Source: Fimbriimonadia bacterium (GTDB taxonomy: Bacteria > Armatimonadota > Fimbriimonadia > Fimbriimonadales > JABRVX01). From it: a DNA stretch of 64,000 nt. The position numbers were made by a program, and so were the translations under genes. Of this stretch, positions 29,621 through 39,739 are shown piece after piece. The notes beneath the pieces are model-generated. The model did no database searches. It had not been told where the DNA came from and saw nothing but the letters and a program-made list of their open reading frames with translations. The stretch lies in assembly GCA_041483895.1 (NCBI GenBank), contig JBGPGO010000007.1, positions 14,304 through 78,303 on the forward strand. The letters are read 5' to 3'. How positions within the stretch are numbered: position 1 is the stretch's first letter; each line of letters starts with the position of its first letter.

Positions 29621-32455
29621 ATGACTCCGATAGAGAAGGGTGTTTCGTCTGATGAGGAGGATGACCGCTTGAGTTCGCTCCATTCGCGCACCATCGTTGC
29701 CTTTTTGGCTGTCTGCGCTTTCGGCCAATCCCTCACTCCGTATCGGGACATGCAAGATATGCCGAAGGCGCTCCGGGCGTACCCGGTTGCGATGCCAAGG
29801 GACATATCGTTTGAGGCGGTAGTAAAGAGCCAACCGTTTCCGGCGATGAAGTACCCGGTGCCGATCATCGGTTGGAAGGAGCATCCCGAGGAGGTGCATG
29901 TGACGCCGAACGGGGCCCTAGTCTTTCCTCGTCCGGGAGTCCCACGAGGTCTGTACCTGACTCCATTTCTCGGCGACGCACCGTTTTCGTTGGAGAAGGT
30001 GAATCGGCACCTTGTTGACGGCTACATGCCAGGCATCGAGAGTGAGTGGTCGGTCAGTGATCTTCGCGTGCGGCAGCTTGCCTTTTGCACGTTGCTCGGC
30101 AGTGACACAGTGAAGACCGGACGGGAGCCGTTGGTCGCGTTCACTCGCTATCGTGTCGAAAATCCATCCAAGAAGAGCCGCACGGTACGACTTTGGCTGA
30201 ATTTTGGGGAAGCGGTCATGGGGCAAAGCATGGCCTCGGTACCACCGCCCTATCTGCGAACCCTTCGCTTCCAGAGACCGTTTGTGATGGAGCCCGAAGA
30301 TACGGTTGCCGCCTGTGTTTTATCTCATGGCAGGGTCGGTTTCCGTCCCCTCTCGCTACCAACCCGGACTGATGACTCTCGTTACACGACCATCAATGTA
30401 CATGGCGAAGCCATGGGGCCGGACGTGCCCATCGACGTCGTGCGCGAGGGAGGTGCGGTGCGAGTAGGCAGGTGGAGATCGGAGCGCGGCTTCGATGTCC
30501 ACATGGAGGCGTCCATGGGCCACAGCGTGCCGGTCGCGGCCGAAGTGGACATCGTATCGCCAGGTGGTGAGATGATCCATCTTGGCACCCTGTATCGCGG
30601 CGGGCTGTCCGAGACCAAGCGGGGCGAATTCATCAAAGCGGGTGAGCACTCTGCACCCATTCCGTGGTCCCTGCTTGCGTCCGTGTTGCCCCAGGGTCCC
30701 AGCAAAATCGTGGTCCGAGGCAGGTATCCGGTGGGTAACGCGGTCGCGCCAGTCGGATCGTGGGAATCAACATTCTATGTGACCGAGCCGGGAGTTCCGC
30801 CAAATTTCAAGCGACCCCTTCGCGGTGATAAGACAGAAAACAGCCTATTTGTCGATCTGCCTCTTCCGCCAAGCGGGTCAGCCACTGTGGACATCGCCAT
30901 CCCGTACTTTCCGCTTGCCCGATCTGCCGCAGCCAAACTCGCTAGCCTCAATCTCGATCATGAACTGAGGCGCTTCCGACGTTATTGGGAGAAGGAACTC
31001 AACCGAAACGCTGAGTTCATCGTGCCCGAAAAGCGAATACGTGACTCCGTTCGCGCCTGCCTTGCGAACAATCTCATACTGACGGATCACGATCCCAAGA
31101 CCGGCCTCCTTTTGATGCATCCGGATGCAACCGCTTACGAAAGTGTCTGGGCCGGTGACAGCGGAGTCATCCTGCAGGCAATGGACCGAATGGGCTATCA
31201 CGCAGAGGCGGCGAGTTGGGCGCGGTTCTTTCTCCGCTACCAGGGCACGCGCAGGCCGGACGGGGCATCGAAGAGCGTCGACGGTTTCTACACCGGGAAC
31301 GCCGGACCCCGATGGATGTGTGAGAACGGCTTCATCCTCTGGGCTCTTTCGGAACACTACAAACTAACCCGTGACGCACGGTGGCTTCGAACGGTTGCGC
31401 CGAGCATGATAAAGGGATGCGACTGGATTGTTCGCGAGCGGGCCGCCACCAAAGGCGATCCGGATGCCCGCCACTACGGGTTGTTGCCGAAAGGTGCGCC
31501 ATCCGATATCGGGGTTTGGGACTATTGGTACTGGACGGACACCTACTCCTACATGGGCTTGCGCGGTGCGGCGGATGCGCTCGCTGATATCGGGATGGCT
31601 TCTGAAGCGAATCGGTTGAGAACGGAGGCCGAAGACTATAAGACGTGCATACGGCGTTCCGTCGAACGGTCCATCGTTAGGGAGGTCTCCCCGCCATTTA
31701 TCCCACCCAGTCCGTACACGAATCAGCCGCCAACCTTCGACCGTCTGGCGTCGTGGTGGTACTCCATCTGCAGCCCCATCTACATGGTGGAAGCAGGCCT
31801 CCTCAGCAAGTCCGAACCGTGGACGGCGGACATCGAGTATTGGCTGGAACGATACGGGTTGTATTCCGGACTGTGCGCGTTTGGCGGCGGATTGGTAGAC
31901 CCACATTACGTGTACAACCAATCGCTGGTTCAACTGCTTCGCGGCGAGACGGACAAGTTCCTCTGGACGTTCTACAGCCTCTTCGCCTATGGCCAGTCGA
32001 GGGACACCTACGCAACCATTGAAGGAATGAACCTCTTGACCGGCTCCAACGGCGATGATTGGGCGGCCAACCGCCAGCCGCACATGCACTCGAACAGCCG
32101 GGTGCTGGACATGGTTCGAATCGCGCTTGTTTTGGAGGAAGGGGACATGCTGCATCTGATGGCGGGGACCCCAAGGGCATGGCAGGCTTCAGGAAAAGTG
32201 ATCGAGGTGCGAAAAGCCCCGACCTACTTTGGTGACGTGGGCTTCAGAAGCGTGTCGTACGGCAAACGGGTCCGTGTGACGATCCAGCCGCCCACCCTTC
32301 GCGCGGCGAAACTGGTCGTTCATATTCGGCCACCTTCCACGGTTGGACCAATCCGTTCCGTCACAGTAAACGGAAGGCCATGGAAGCAGTTCCAAGACGA
32401 AAAAGTGATGCTTGGTGCGCGGCGCTCTAAAACCACCGTCGTATGCAGATTCTAG
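29621..32455 (+). CDS. large secreted protein with (alpha/alpha)6-barrel glycosidase-like C-terminal half
   Basis: 944-aa ORF. An alternative TTG start at 29669 is preceded by GAGGAGG (29654-29660) and gives a cleaner signal peptide. Family tentative. Confidence 0.6.
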   Translation: MTPIEKGVSSDEEDDRLSSLHSRTIVAFLAVCAFGQSLTPYRDMQDMPKALRAYPVAMPRDISFEAVVKSQPFPAMKYPVPIIGWKEHPEEVHVTPNGALVFPRPGVPRGLYLTPFLGDAPFSLEKVNRHLVDGYMPGIESEWSVSDLRVRQLAFCTLLGSDTVKTGREPLVAFTRYRVENPSKKSRTVRLWLNFGEAVMGQSMASVPPPYLRTLRFQRPFVMEPEDTVAACVLSHGRVGFRPLSLPTRTDDSRYTTINVHGEAMGPDVPIDVVREGGAVRVGRWRSERGFDVHMEASMGHSVPVAAEVDIVSPGGEMIHLGTLYRGGLSETKRGEFIKAGEHSAPIPWSLLASVLPQGPSKIVVRGRYPVGNAVAPVGSWESTFYVTEPGVPPNFKRPLRGDKTENSLFVDLPLPPSGSATVDIAIPYFPLARSAAAKLASLNLDHELRRFRRYWEKELNRNAEFIVPEKRIRDSVRACLANNLILTDHDPKTGLLLMHPDATAYESVWAGDSGVILQAMDRMGYHAEAASWARFFLRYQGTRRPDGASKSVDGFYTGNAGPRWMCENGFILWALSEHYKLTRDARWLRTVAPSMIKGCDWIVRERAATKGDPDARHYGLLPKGAPSDIGVWDYWYWTDTYSYMGLRGAADALADIGMASEANRLRTEAEDYKTCIRRSVERSIVREVSPPFIPPSPYTNQPPTFDRLASWWYSICSPIYMVEAGLLSKSEPWTADIEYWLERYGLYSGLCAFGGGLVDPHYVYNQSLVQLLRGETDKFLWTFYSLFAYGQSRDTYATIEGMNLLTGSNGDDWAANRQPHMHSNSRVLDMVRIALVLEEGDMLHLMAGTPRAWQASGKVIEVRKAPTYFGDVGFRSVSYGKRVRVTIQPPTLRAAKLVVHIRPPSTVGPIRSVTVNGRPWKQFQDEKVMLGARRSKTTVVCRF

Positions 32456-33270
32456 CCTTTCAGCGCCCCTGCCACCATGCTCTCATAGATTCGATCGCGC
32501 AGGATCCAGTAGATGATGAGAATCGGCGCCATCACGATGGCAAGCCCGGCAAACAGCGCTCCCCAATCGCTTTGGTAGTGCTCCACCATGACCAGGTTCG
32601 CGATGCCAAGTGGCAAGGTGCGATTTTCTTCACTCACAATCAAGACGAGAGCGAGTGGGTACTCGTTCCAAAGTCCAATGGCGTTGAATACCGCCACTAC
32701 CAAGAGGCCGGGCCTGGCGAGGGGGAGCATTACACGCCAGAACACCGTGGCATGTCCGCCGCCATCGATCATCGCTGCCTCCCCCAATTCCGCCGGCAGC
32801 GAATGGAAGAAGCCGGTAAGAACGAAGATGGTAAACGGCAAAGAGTAGGCTACGTAGACAAGCACCAGGCCTGGAAGCGAATCAAGCAAACCGAGCGTGT
32901 TCATCAGAAAGAACAGCGGCACAATCGCAAGGAATATCGGGAACATCATGCCACCGAGAAAACCGGTGAACAGCCAACTACTGCCGGGGAACGGGTACCG
33001 TGCGAAGACGTAGGCCGCCATTGCGCCGCATGGTAGGAGAATAGTCAGCGTTGCGAGCGTGACGAAGACGCTGTTGAGGAAGTAGCGGGCAATGCCGGCC
33101 TCCTCCCACGAGCGAACGTAGTTGGACCATTGTGGCGACTTTGGGATTCCCCAAGGCGAGGCGAAGATTTCCGGCGAAGTTTTCAGCGACGTGACCAACA
33201 CCCACAAAAGCGGAATAACAACAGAGAGCGCAAATAGGAATAGGAGGAATTTCGTTATAGTGCGGATCAC
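32452..33270 (-). CDS. carbohydrate ABC transporter permease
   Basis: 272 aa with 6 TM helices and an EAA-loop region (AELGEAAMIDGGGHATVFWRVMLPLARPG). Confidence 0.9.
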   Translation of the reverse strand: MIRTITKFLLFLFALSVVIPLLWVLVTSLKTSPEIFASPWGIPKSPQWSNYVRSWEEAGIARYFLNSVFVTLATLTILLPCGAMAAYVFARYPFPGSSWLFTGFLGGMMFPIFLAIVPLFFLMNTLGLLDSLPGLVLVYVAYSLPFTIFVLTGFFHSLPAELGEAAMIDGGGHATVFWRVMLPLARPGLLVVAVFNAIGLWNEYPLALVLIVSEENRTLPLGIANLVMVEHYQSDWGALFAGLAIVMAPILIIYWILRDRIYESMVAGALKG

Positions 33271-34158
33271 TTACGTCCTCGCGCCTTGCGGATCGCGGCG
33301 GAAGGCGGCGACCACCATCCCACTAAGCAGCAGCACGACAACCAGGTTTGCCACAGCCAGGGCGGTCGCGAATCCAAAATCACTATTCTTGAACGCCTGC
33401 TCATAGAGATACGTCAGCATCACTTCAGTGTGGCGATCGGGTCCGCCTTGCGTCATGAGAAAGACAAGGGCGAAGATATTGAGCGCATTGATCACAAGGT
33501 AGATCATAGCTACTCGCAATACAGCCCAAAGCATGGGCAGCGTCACTCGCCAGAGCAGAGCAAGGCCATGTGCACCGTCTAGCGTTGCCGCTTCCCGCAC
33601 CTCATCCGGGATGGTCTGCAGACCCGCAGAAAACAACATAATGTAGAAGCCAAGAGCATGCCAAACAAACGCGACTCCGACCGCAGGCAGCGCCGTACCC
33701 GATGTTCCCAACCAGGGGACCGCCAGCTTTTCAAGTCCGACGTTGCGCAGTGTCGCGTTCATGATGCCAAAGGATGGGTTGAAAATGAACATCCATAGAA
33801 TTGCGACGACGACCAGTGGCGTGACTTGTGGAAAGAGATATACTCCGCGCAGAACCCGAGCCGACCGGCTGTTGCCTCGAACGCCATGTGCGATGGCAAG
33901 GGAGAGAACGAGAATTATGCCGCCCGCGCCTATCAGCAGAGCAAGGTTGTGGGCAAGCGATTGCCAGAACACCGGATCTCCGAAGAGGCGCGAGAAATTG
34001 TCGAACCCGACGAAAACTCGAACTTGAGAAACGCCTCTCCAACGATAGAGGGACATGAGGAAGGCTTGCGCAACGGGCCAAATGACAAAGAGAAGATAAA
34101 GTGCTGTCGCAGGGAGAAGAAAAGTAACTATGAACCCGAAACGTCGGCGTTTAGTCAC
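33271..34158 (-). CDS. sugar ABC transporter permease
   Basis: EAA loop DEVREAATLDGAHGLALLWRVTLP. The GTG at 34158 overlaps the SBP stop by 8 nt, and the longer track ORF would overlap the SBP gene by 100 nt. Confidence 0.85.
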   Translation of the reverse strand: MTKRRRFGFIVTFLLPATALYLLFVIWPVAQAFLMSLYRWRGVSQVRVFVGFDNFSRLFGDPVFWQSLAHNLALLIGAGGIILVLSLAIAHGVRGNSRSARVLRGVYLFPQVTPLVVVAILWMFIFNPSFGIMNATLRNVGLEKLAVPWLGTSGTALPAVGVAFVWHALGFYIMLFSAGLQTIPDEVREAATLDGAHGLALLWRVTLPMLWAVLRVAMIYLVINALNIFALVFLMTQGGPDRHTEVMLTYLYEQAFKNSDFGFATALAVANLVVVLLLSGMVVAAFRRDPQGART

Positions 34159-35470
34159 GCACAACCCGATGCTTGGGGATGCTTGCGTCTTGCCGCACTT
34201 TCTCGGCGGCATCCTCCGCGCGCCGCACAAACTGCTCCGGTGTGGCTTCACCGTTGAGCAGTGCGGTCATCGCGTTTTCCAGTGCCTTGCCGACCGACGG
34301 ATACCATTGTGTGAACTGGATTGACCATACTGCCTTTGAGTTGCGAAACGCGGCAGCGGCCCCTGTAAGGTAGGAAGGAATGTTCGTTTGATCGCTGCCC
34401 CGAACGGACATCAGCGTGCCCTTTTCGGACACAAACTGCTTCGCCTTTTCCGGCGTTGTAAGGTATTTATAAAAATCGATCGCGATGTCCCGATGTTTTC
34501 CCTTTGACGGCACGACCCACGGTTCGATGCCGATGCAGATCGCGGTTGGATCGCCGGTTCCTCCCGCGACGATCGGGGGTGGCATATACTGCATTTCGAA
34601 TCGGGGTGGCAGTTGCTTGCTCATCTCTGAGTGTAGCCATGTGCCGCAGGGAATCATTGCCGCGCGCCCGCCGACAAATTCCATCTGCGCTTCAGTGTGG
34701 CTCATCCCAACGGCGCCCTCTTGGAAGAATCCCCGGTCCCGCAACTGCTTGATCATCTTAGCAGCCTGCAAGAATGCCTGAGACTTCCAAGCGCCGGGTC
34801 GCAGCTCCTGTGCCGCGTTGAATGCTTCGACACCGCCGATGCTGATCGCCCAAGGATACAGGAGGCCGGTGAGAACGTATTGCGGATACTTGCCCTGGAA
34901 AGTGATTGGCGCGATGCCCGCGGCCTTGATCTTGTCGCAAAGCGCCAGCAGCTCTTCGAACGTCTTTGGCGCGCTCCAACCGTGGTCCGCAAACAGCTTT
35001 GGGTTGTACCACCAACCCATAACGTTGAAAAAGTATGGGAGCATGTATCGCTTACCATCGTACTGGCCCATCGTCATGAGAGATGGTTCGAACGCATCGA
35101 TCCACTTTCCCTTACCGTCGTACGCAGGCGTGGCGAGGTACTCATCGAGAGGGATCACTTGGTCTTCGTAAATCAGGGACCAATAGTCCATGTCCCAGCC
35201 CGGCCAGGTGAGATCCGGTGGGGTTCCGGCGACAAATCGTGGACGGAGCTGCTCCCAGATCCTGGGGTTGCCCCAGACGCGCAACTTGACGTTTGGGTGC
35301 TTTGACTCATACTCGCGCGCAGCCGTTTCGAAGAAGTCGATCCCGTAGCCGCCTTGAAAGAGCGCAACCTCAACATCCGCGCCGGATCCGGATCTGGCTT
35401 GCTTCTCACTGCAGCCGGCAAGGCAAAGGCAGGCAAGGACAGTGGCGAGCAATCGGCATTGTTTGGTCAC
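34151..35470 (-). CDS. ABC transporter extracellular solute-binding lipoprotein (sugar)
   Basis: GTG 35470 gives VTKQCRLLATVLACLCLAGCSEKQ (lipobox LAGC). The body is typical of family-1 sugar SBPs. Confidence 0.85.
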   Translation of the reverse strand: MTKQCRLLATVLACLCLAGCSEKQARSGSGADVEVALFQGGYGIDFFETAAREYESKHPNVKLRVWGNPRIWEQLRPRFVAGTPPDLTWPGWDMDYWSLIYEDQVIPLDEYLATPAYDGKGKWIDAFEPSLMTMGQYDGKRYMLPYFFNVMGWWYNPKLFADHGWSAPKTFEELLALCDKIKAAGIAPITFQGKYPQYVLTGLLYPWAISIGGVEAFNAAQELRPGAWKSQAFLQAAKMIKQLRDRGFFQEGAVGMSHTEAQMEFVGGRAAMIPCGTWLHSEMSKQLPPRFEMQYMPPPIVAGGTGDPTAICIGIEPWVVPSKGKHRDIAIDFYKYLTTPEKAKQFVSEKGTLMSVRGSDQTNIPSYLTGAAAAFRNSKAVWSIQFTQWYPSVGKALENAMTALLNGEATPEQFVRRAEDAAEKVRQDASIPKHRVVRD

Positions 35471-35662
35471 AGGGCAGCTTTCGGCATATGCAGAAGCAGG
35501 TCCTGCGTCCGGTGCATGCTCCAAATATTGGCCCTCGATGGGAGCTTTGCAATCAGATTGGTCGCACTGCGGTGTGTGTCGCGGGTTGGTCCGGTCCAGA
35601 GAGGGCGCGACAGACTTTGGAGCACATGGAATGCGTGGCTCAGCGGTTTGGGTCAGCTTCCG

Positions 35663-35962
35663 GGCAGTGGCGACGGTCTGTTTTCGTTGCCCGCGCCTGT
35701 CGGGGTGTTGGACTTGTCGGTGAACGGGACGCATTGGCTGCGGCGGACCGTTGGCGAGTTCAACACGACCGGCGGCAACGCGAGCATGGGAACTGTACCG
35801 CTGATCAACGGCGACGCACACGAAGACAGCATCGTCGATCTGTTCGACTTGGTCCTGATCCTCCTCGACTTCGCCACCGCCGGCCCAACCGGCGACGGAA
35901 GCGTCGACCTGTACGAACTTTCCATCGTTCTCGCCAACTTCAGCATGATCGACGAACCGTAG
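35663..35962 (+). pseudogene. 3' remnant of a gene encoding a dockerin-like/EF-hand-like C-terminal tail
   Basis: The translation ...VLDLSVNGTHWLRRTVGEFNTTGGNASMGTVPLINGDAHEDSIVDLFDLVLILLDFATAGPTGDGSVDLYELSIVLANF looks like the tail of large secreted proteins. The upstream part of the ORF overlaps the SBP gene and is not protein-like. Confidence 0.4.
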
Positions 35963-36010
35963 CGTTCCTGAGAGCGGTACCGTTGGCTGGATGACGACAT
36001 TGATGCGGCA

Positions 36011-36946
36011 TCACGCCAGCTCGGACAGCAGTCGGCTCGTCCTGCCCGGCAGGTGTTCCCGTGCATCGTCGTAGATCATCAGCGTCTCCAGTTTGGAATG
36101 GCGGCTGAGCTTCTGCGCGCCGCGCACGTCGCCGTTGGTGGCGTGGAGGTAGGCGGTGATGCTGGTGTGCCGCCACTTGTGCGGACTGAAGTTCTGGATG
36201 CCGGCCTTCTTGGCATAGTGCTTTACCATGAACGCAAGGCCGACGCCGGTGATGCCGGATGGCTGGCCGGCGCAAGAGAGGAACAGTTCCGGTCGGCTAT
36301 CGTTCCGACATGCGAGGTAGTCGCCGATCGCTTCTATGGCCTTATCGCTCAGTGTCATCAGCACCTTCTGAGTCCCTTTGCCTTTGCCACGGACGGCTAG
36401 CGTCTTCGCATCCGGATCGAAGTCGGCCTTCGTCAGATTGCAGATCTCCTGCCTGCGAAGCGCCAGTTCCCAGAACAACCGGAGGATCGCCGCATCGCGC
36501 TTCCCCTTGACGGTAAAGGTGTTCGGCAGCATGAGCATCGCGGCCGCAGCGTCCTTGTCCACGCCCCTGGTGTCTCGATACTGCATTGTCTTCTCGCCCG
36601 GCACCAGTCCCTGCGGATTGACTTCCGTCAGCCCAAGCTGCCGCGCAACGCTCAGAAGCGAGCGGATGGCCGTTAGCCGACGATTGAGGGTCACCTCCGC
36701 CACGCCTTGCTCGATCTGCTGCATCTTGAAGGTGAGCATCGCCCGAACGACGCCGGTCGTCTCAAGCTTGAAGAACGCTCCGATTGTCTGCGGCGTTGGC
36801 TCGCTCCTGGCCACGACCCGGAAGAACAGCCCTAGATCCCGCTGGTAGGCCAGCCTCGTGACTTCGCTCCGCTTGGACTTCAGAAGGAACTCCAGTGCAT
36901 CCGGCGCCACCGGACTCGGTTCTGTAAGTTTGAGTTCAATTGCCAT
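36011..36946 (-). CDS. Xer-type tyrosine recombinase, copy A
   Basis: 311 aa with an N-terminal SAM-like domain (RLAYQRDLGLFF). Catalytic blocks are ELALRRQEI (Arg), GKGKGTQKV (Lys), PHKWRHTSITA (HxxR) and SRHSKLETLMIYDD (His...Tyr). About 90% identical by eye to copy B. Confidence 0.9.
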   Translation of the reverse strand: MAIELKLTEPSPVAPDALEFLLKSKRSEVTRLAYQRDLGLFFRVVARSEPTPQTIGAFFKLETTGVVRAMLTFKMQQIEQGVAEVTLNRRLTAIRSLLSVARQLGLTEVNPQGLVPGEKTMQYRDTRGVDKDAAAAMLMLPNTFTVKGKRDAAILRLFWELALRRQEICNLTKADFDPDAKTLAVRGKGKGTQKVLMTLSDKAIEAIGDYLACRNDSRPELFLSCAGQPSGITGVGLAFMVKHYAKKAGIQNFSPHKWRHTSITAYLHATNGDVRGAQKLSRHSKLETLMIYDDAREHLPGRTSRLLSELA

Positions 36947-36962
36947 GGTCCTTGCCTCCTTT

Positions 36963-36990
36963 GGTATCGAAAAGGGCCATTATCGATACC
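36963..36990 (-). repeat. dif-like 11-6-11 site a
   Basis: GGTATCGAAAA-GGGCCA-TTATCGATACC is the exact reverse complement of site e. It lies 16 nt upstream of the recombinase A start codon. Confidence 0.8.
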
Positions 36991-37108
36991 AACACCACAT
37001 GTACTCGAGGGCTCCCACAGAAGTCCAGGCCGCGTGTAAGTGTCGATAGAAGTAAGTCGGTCGGCACGGATCGGGGGCATCCGGGGAATCCTACGCAACA
37101 GAATGACG

Positions 37109-38434
37109 TCAAATGTCGATCTTGCTGCCAGATGTTGGCGCGATATCGAGGGCGAGTTCGATGGCCTGCTCCATTGTCAGCGCGCGTCCTTCCTGCCAGG
37201 CGGACGCGAAGGCTTCTTCGCCCAGAGCGGCGCGCGCGTCGGCGAGCTGAACGTCATGGCGGATGCGATCGTTCGGCGACAACGGTGAACCGCTTTGCAC
37301 CCGCATCACCTCGACCGCGCTCCACAAACGCGCGGCCCGCGCCGCCTCCCCTTTCGAAAGCCAGAGAGCGGCAAAGGCCTGAAGCGAGTGTCCGATGAAG
37401 AAGGGGAGCCCAATTTTGCGAAGAATCGCCAAGCTCTGCTCATGCAGTTCTCTCGACGAGCCGAAGTCGCCCCGCTGTTGCGCGACGATTCCCAATTCGA
37501 GGAGCATGACCCCTATTCCCGGCCGGTCTCCAACCTCTCGCCGAATGGTCAAGCTTTCCTCAAAGAGGGCGCGCGCCGATTCGTAGTCGCCCCGTTCTTT
37601 TGCGATAATCCCTAGGTCGCCAAGCGAGTCCGCGATCCCGCGCCTGTCTCCCACCTCTCGCCGCAAGGTCAGGCTCTCTTCATAAAGCGCGAGCGCCGAC
37701 TTCTGGTCGCTATGCGCTCTTGCGATGCCTCCAAGATTGTTGAGAGTGACCGCGATGCCCCGCTTGTCACCCAATTCTCGATAGAGCGACAGGCTCTCTT
37801 CATAAAATTCTCTCGCCGGCCCTAGATCGCCTTGCCGGCTGTAGGAGTTGCCCATATTGTTCAGAGAGCCGGCTATGCCCACCTCATCCCCTATCTCGCG
37901 AAAGACCGACAGGCTCTCCTCAAAGAGCGTCCGGGCTGCCCCATTGTCGTCCTGGAAGTGAGCCAAGCCGCCCGCCCCGTTCAACGCCTTCGCTCTCGCG
38001 GCCGTGCGACATCCACTTTCGTCCCCGGACAACACGATTCCGACCCGCTCGCGCCCCTCAACCAGATGCCCACGCACGGACCAGAAACGCCACAAGGCCC
38101 CAGCGAGACGCAGGGCCTCGGCGTCGTTCCGCAGCTCAAGGACTGATCTGAGGTTGTCATGATCGGACTCCAGTCGTTCCAGCCAAGCAGCCTGCTCCAG
38201 CCCCGTCAACTGCGGTTCCGCTTCCTCCGCCAGCGTCAAGTAGAAGCCACGGTGCCGGTCCCGAACGGCCTCGCCCTCGCCGCTCTCGAACAGACGATCC
38301 CGCCCATACTGCCGCACGGTCTCCAATAGCCGATAGCGCGTCTGCCCGTTATCCTCTTCGGTCACAACGAGATTCTTGTCGACGAGGGAAGCGAGGATTT
38401 CGCCTGCCTCGAAGGAGTCGATTGGCCCGCTCAT
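37109..38434 (-). CDS. winged-helix plus TPR-repeat protein (STAND sensor module, paralogue 2)
   Basis: Starts ...ILASLVDKNLVVTEEDNGQTRYRLLETVRQYGRDRL, then has about 8 TPR units (GIAGSLNNMGN, GIAVTLNNLGG...). Shares an ATGA overlap with the upstream ORF. Confidence 0.8.
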   Translation of the reverse strand: MSGPIDSFEAGEILASLVDKNLVVTEEDNGQTRYRLLETVRQYGRDRLFESGEGEAVRDRHRGFYLTLAEEAEPQLTGLEQAAWLERLESDHDNLRSVLELRNDAEALRLAGALWRFWSVRGHLVEGRERVGIVLSGDESGCRTAARAKALNGAGGLAHFQDDNGAARTLFEESLSVFREIGDEVGIAGSLNNMGNSYSRQGDLGPAREFYEESLSLYRELGDKRGIAVTLNNLGGIARAHSDQKSALALYEESLTLRREVGDRRGIADSLGDLGIIAKERGDYESARALFEESLTIRREVGDRPGIGVMLLELGIVAQQRGDFGSSRELHEQSLAILRKIGLPFFIGHSLQAFAALWLSKGEAARAARLWSAVEVMRVQSGSPLSPNDRIRHDVQLADARAALGEEAFASAWQEGRALTMEQAIELALDIAPTSGSKIDI

Positions 38435-39738
38435 GCCTCGTTCGCCTCTAATGCGAATTCAACAGCTTGTTCTGTCGTCATGAGGCGGCCCTCCTGCCAT
38501 GCCTGGTAGAATGCGGCATCGTCTCCCATATCGGCCCGGGCTGAGCTCACGCGTCGATCGTACTTCGATATTTCGCACGGCATTAGGGGTGATCCGATCT
38601 CTTTGCGTAGACGTTCCGACGCGCCCCAGATTTGGGCGGCTCGAGGAGGATGGGCGAGTGGCGCCAGTTGTTCCAGCGAGCCGGCGATGCCCCTCGGATC
38701 ACCAAGTTCCTGCCATATTTTCACACTCTCCTTGAGTAGCTGCTGTCCAGCAATGCGGTCATCCAGTTCTCCTGCCACAGCACCAAGGCCTTGAAGCGCA
38801 TTGGCGATTGTCCGCCGGTCGCCAAGGTCCCGAGCGATGGTCAGGCTTTCAGATTGCAGCGCTTCGGACATCGAGTACTCGCCACGATGCAAGGCCACAA
38901 ACCCTAGGTTGCATAGCGCCATGGCAATACCCAACCTGTTGCCGGCTTCCCTCATGATCGCCAGGCTCTCCTGATGCATGGTCCAAGCGGTTGGGTAATC
39001 GACCTGCTCGGTGGCCATAATGCCGAGGTTGCCCAGCGCAACAGCAACGCCATACCGGTCATCGAGTTCTCGAAAGATCGCGAGGCTCTCCTCGAACACG
39101 GCTCGCGCATTCAGATGATCGCCCTGTGCCTTCGCCACATTCCCGAGACTGTTCAGTGAAACGGCAACCCCGAGACGGTCGCCGAGTTCCCTCCTGATCG
39201 CCAAGCCCTCTGCCAACAGCTCTAGAGCGGCTGTATAGTCGCCTTGCTGTGAGGCCAACGAACCGGCGCCGTTAAGCGCCAATGCACGGACCGACCCAGA
39301 TTGTCCGCCCGGTTCGACAGCCAGAAGTCCGGTGAGCCAATCACGTCCTTCGCTGATATGCCCACGGATCCACCAGAATCGCCAGAGAGCACCGGCCAGC
39401 CGGAGGCCCAAATCATTTCCGTCACATTGCTCGCGGCACCATTTTAGAGCCGACCGAAGGTTGTCATGCTCTATTTCGAATCGTTCCAGCCAAACCCCCT
39501 GGTCGGGCCCCGACAACTGGGGCACGGCTTCTTCCGCAAAGGCCAGAAAGTTATCTCTGTGTTTAGTCCGCCACTCATCGCTCTCACCGGTCTCCAACAA
39601 ACGCTCTCCTGCGTACTGTCGCACGGTTTCCAACAGACGAAAGCGCGTATGTCCACCTTCCTCTTCAGTCACAACCAGATTCTTGTCGACAAACGAGCCG
39701 AGTAAGTCAAGGACTTCCCGGGTTTCTATGGCGTTCAT
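38431..39738 (-). CDS. winged-helix plus TPR-repeat protein (STAND sensor module, paralogue 1)
   Basis: Starts MNAIETREVLDLLGSFVDKNLVVTEEEGGHTRFRLLETVRQYAGERL, then TPRs. Its ATG lies 1 nt after the stop of the cyclase-NTPase ORF (TGAAATG). Confidence 0.8.
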   Translation of the reverse strand: MNAIETREVLDLLGSFVDKNLVVTEEEGGHTRFRLLETVRQYAGERLLETGESDEWRTKHRDNFLAFAEEAVPQLSGPDQGVWLERFEIEHDNLRSALKWCREQCDGNDLGLRLAGALWRFWWIRGHISEGRDWLTGLLAVEPGGQSGSVRALALNGAGSLASQQGDYTAALELLAEGLAIRRELGDRLGVAVSLNSLGNVAKAQGDHLNARAVFEESLAIFRELDDRYGVAVALGNLGIMATEQVDYPTAWTMHQESLAIMREAGNRLGIAMALCNLGFVALHRGEYSMSEALQSESLTIARDLGDRRTIANALQGLGAVAGELDDRIAGQQLLKESVKIWQELGDPRGIAGSLEQLAPLAHPPRAAQIWGASERLRKEIGSPLMPCEISKYDRRVSSARADMGDDAAFYQAWQEGRLMTTEQAVEFALEANEA

Positions 39739-39739
39739 T

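Larger units (their letters stand above)
36011..37029 (-). repeat. left arm of ~1.02-kb inverted duplication (recombinase gene plus 5' leader with site a)
   Basis: The reverse complement aligns with 52181-53212. Similarity starts at CCTGGACTTC and runs through the 28-bp site to the stop codon. The arms differ by one 12-nt and one 1-nt indel. Confidence 0.85.

Noticed and set aside
37086-37100. Recurrence of TCC(C)TACGCA near sites a (37089), e (52090) and g (59506).
   Set aside because: A shared 10-mer is expected many times by chance in 64 kb. Its orientation and distance relative to the 28-bp sites are inconsistent.
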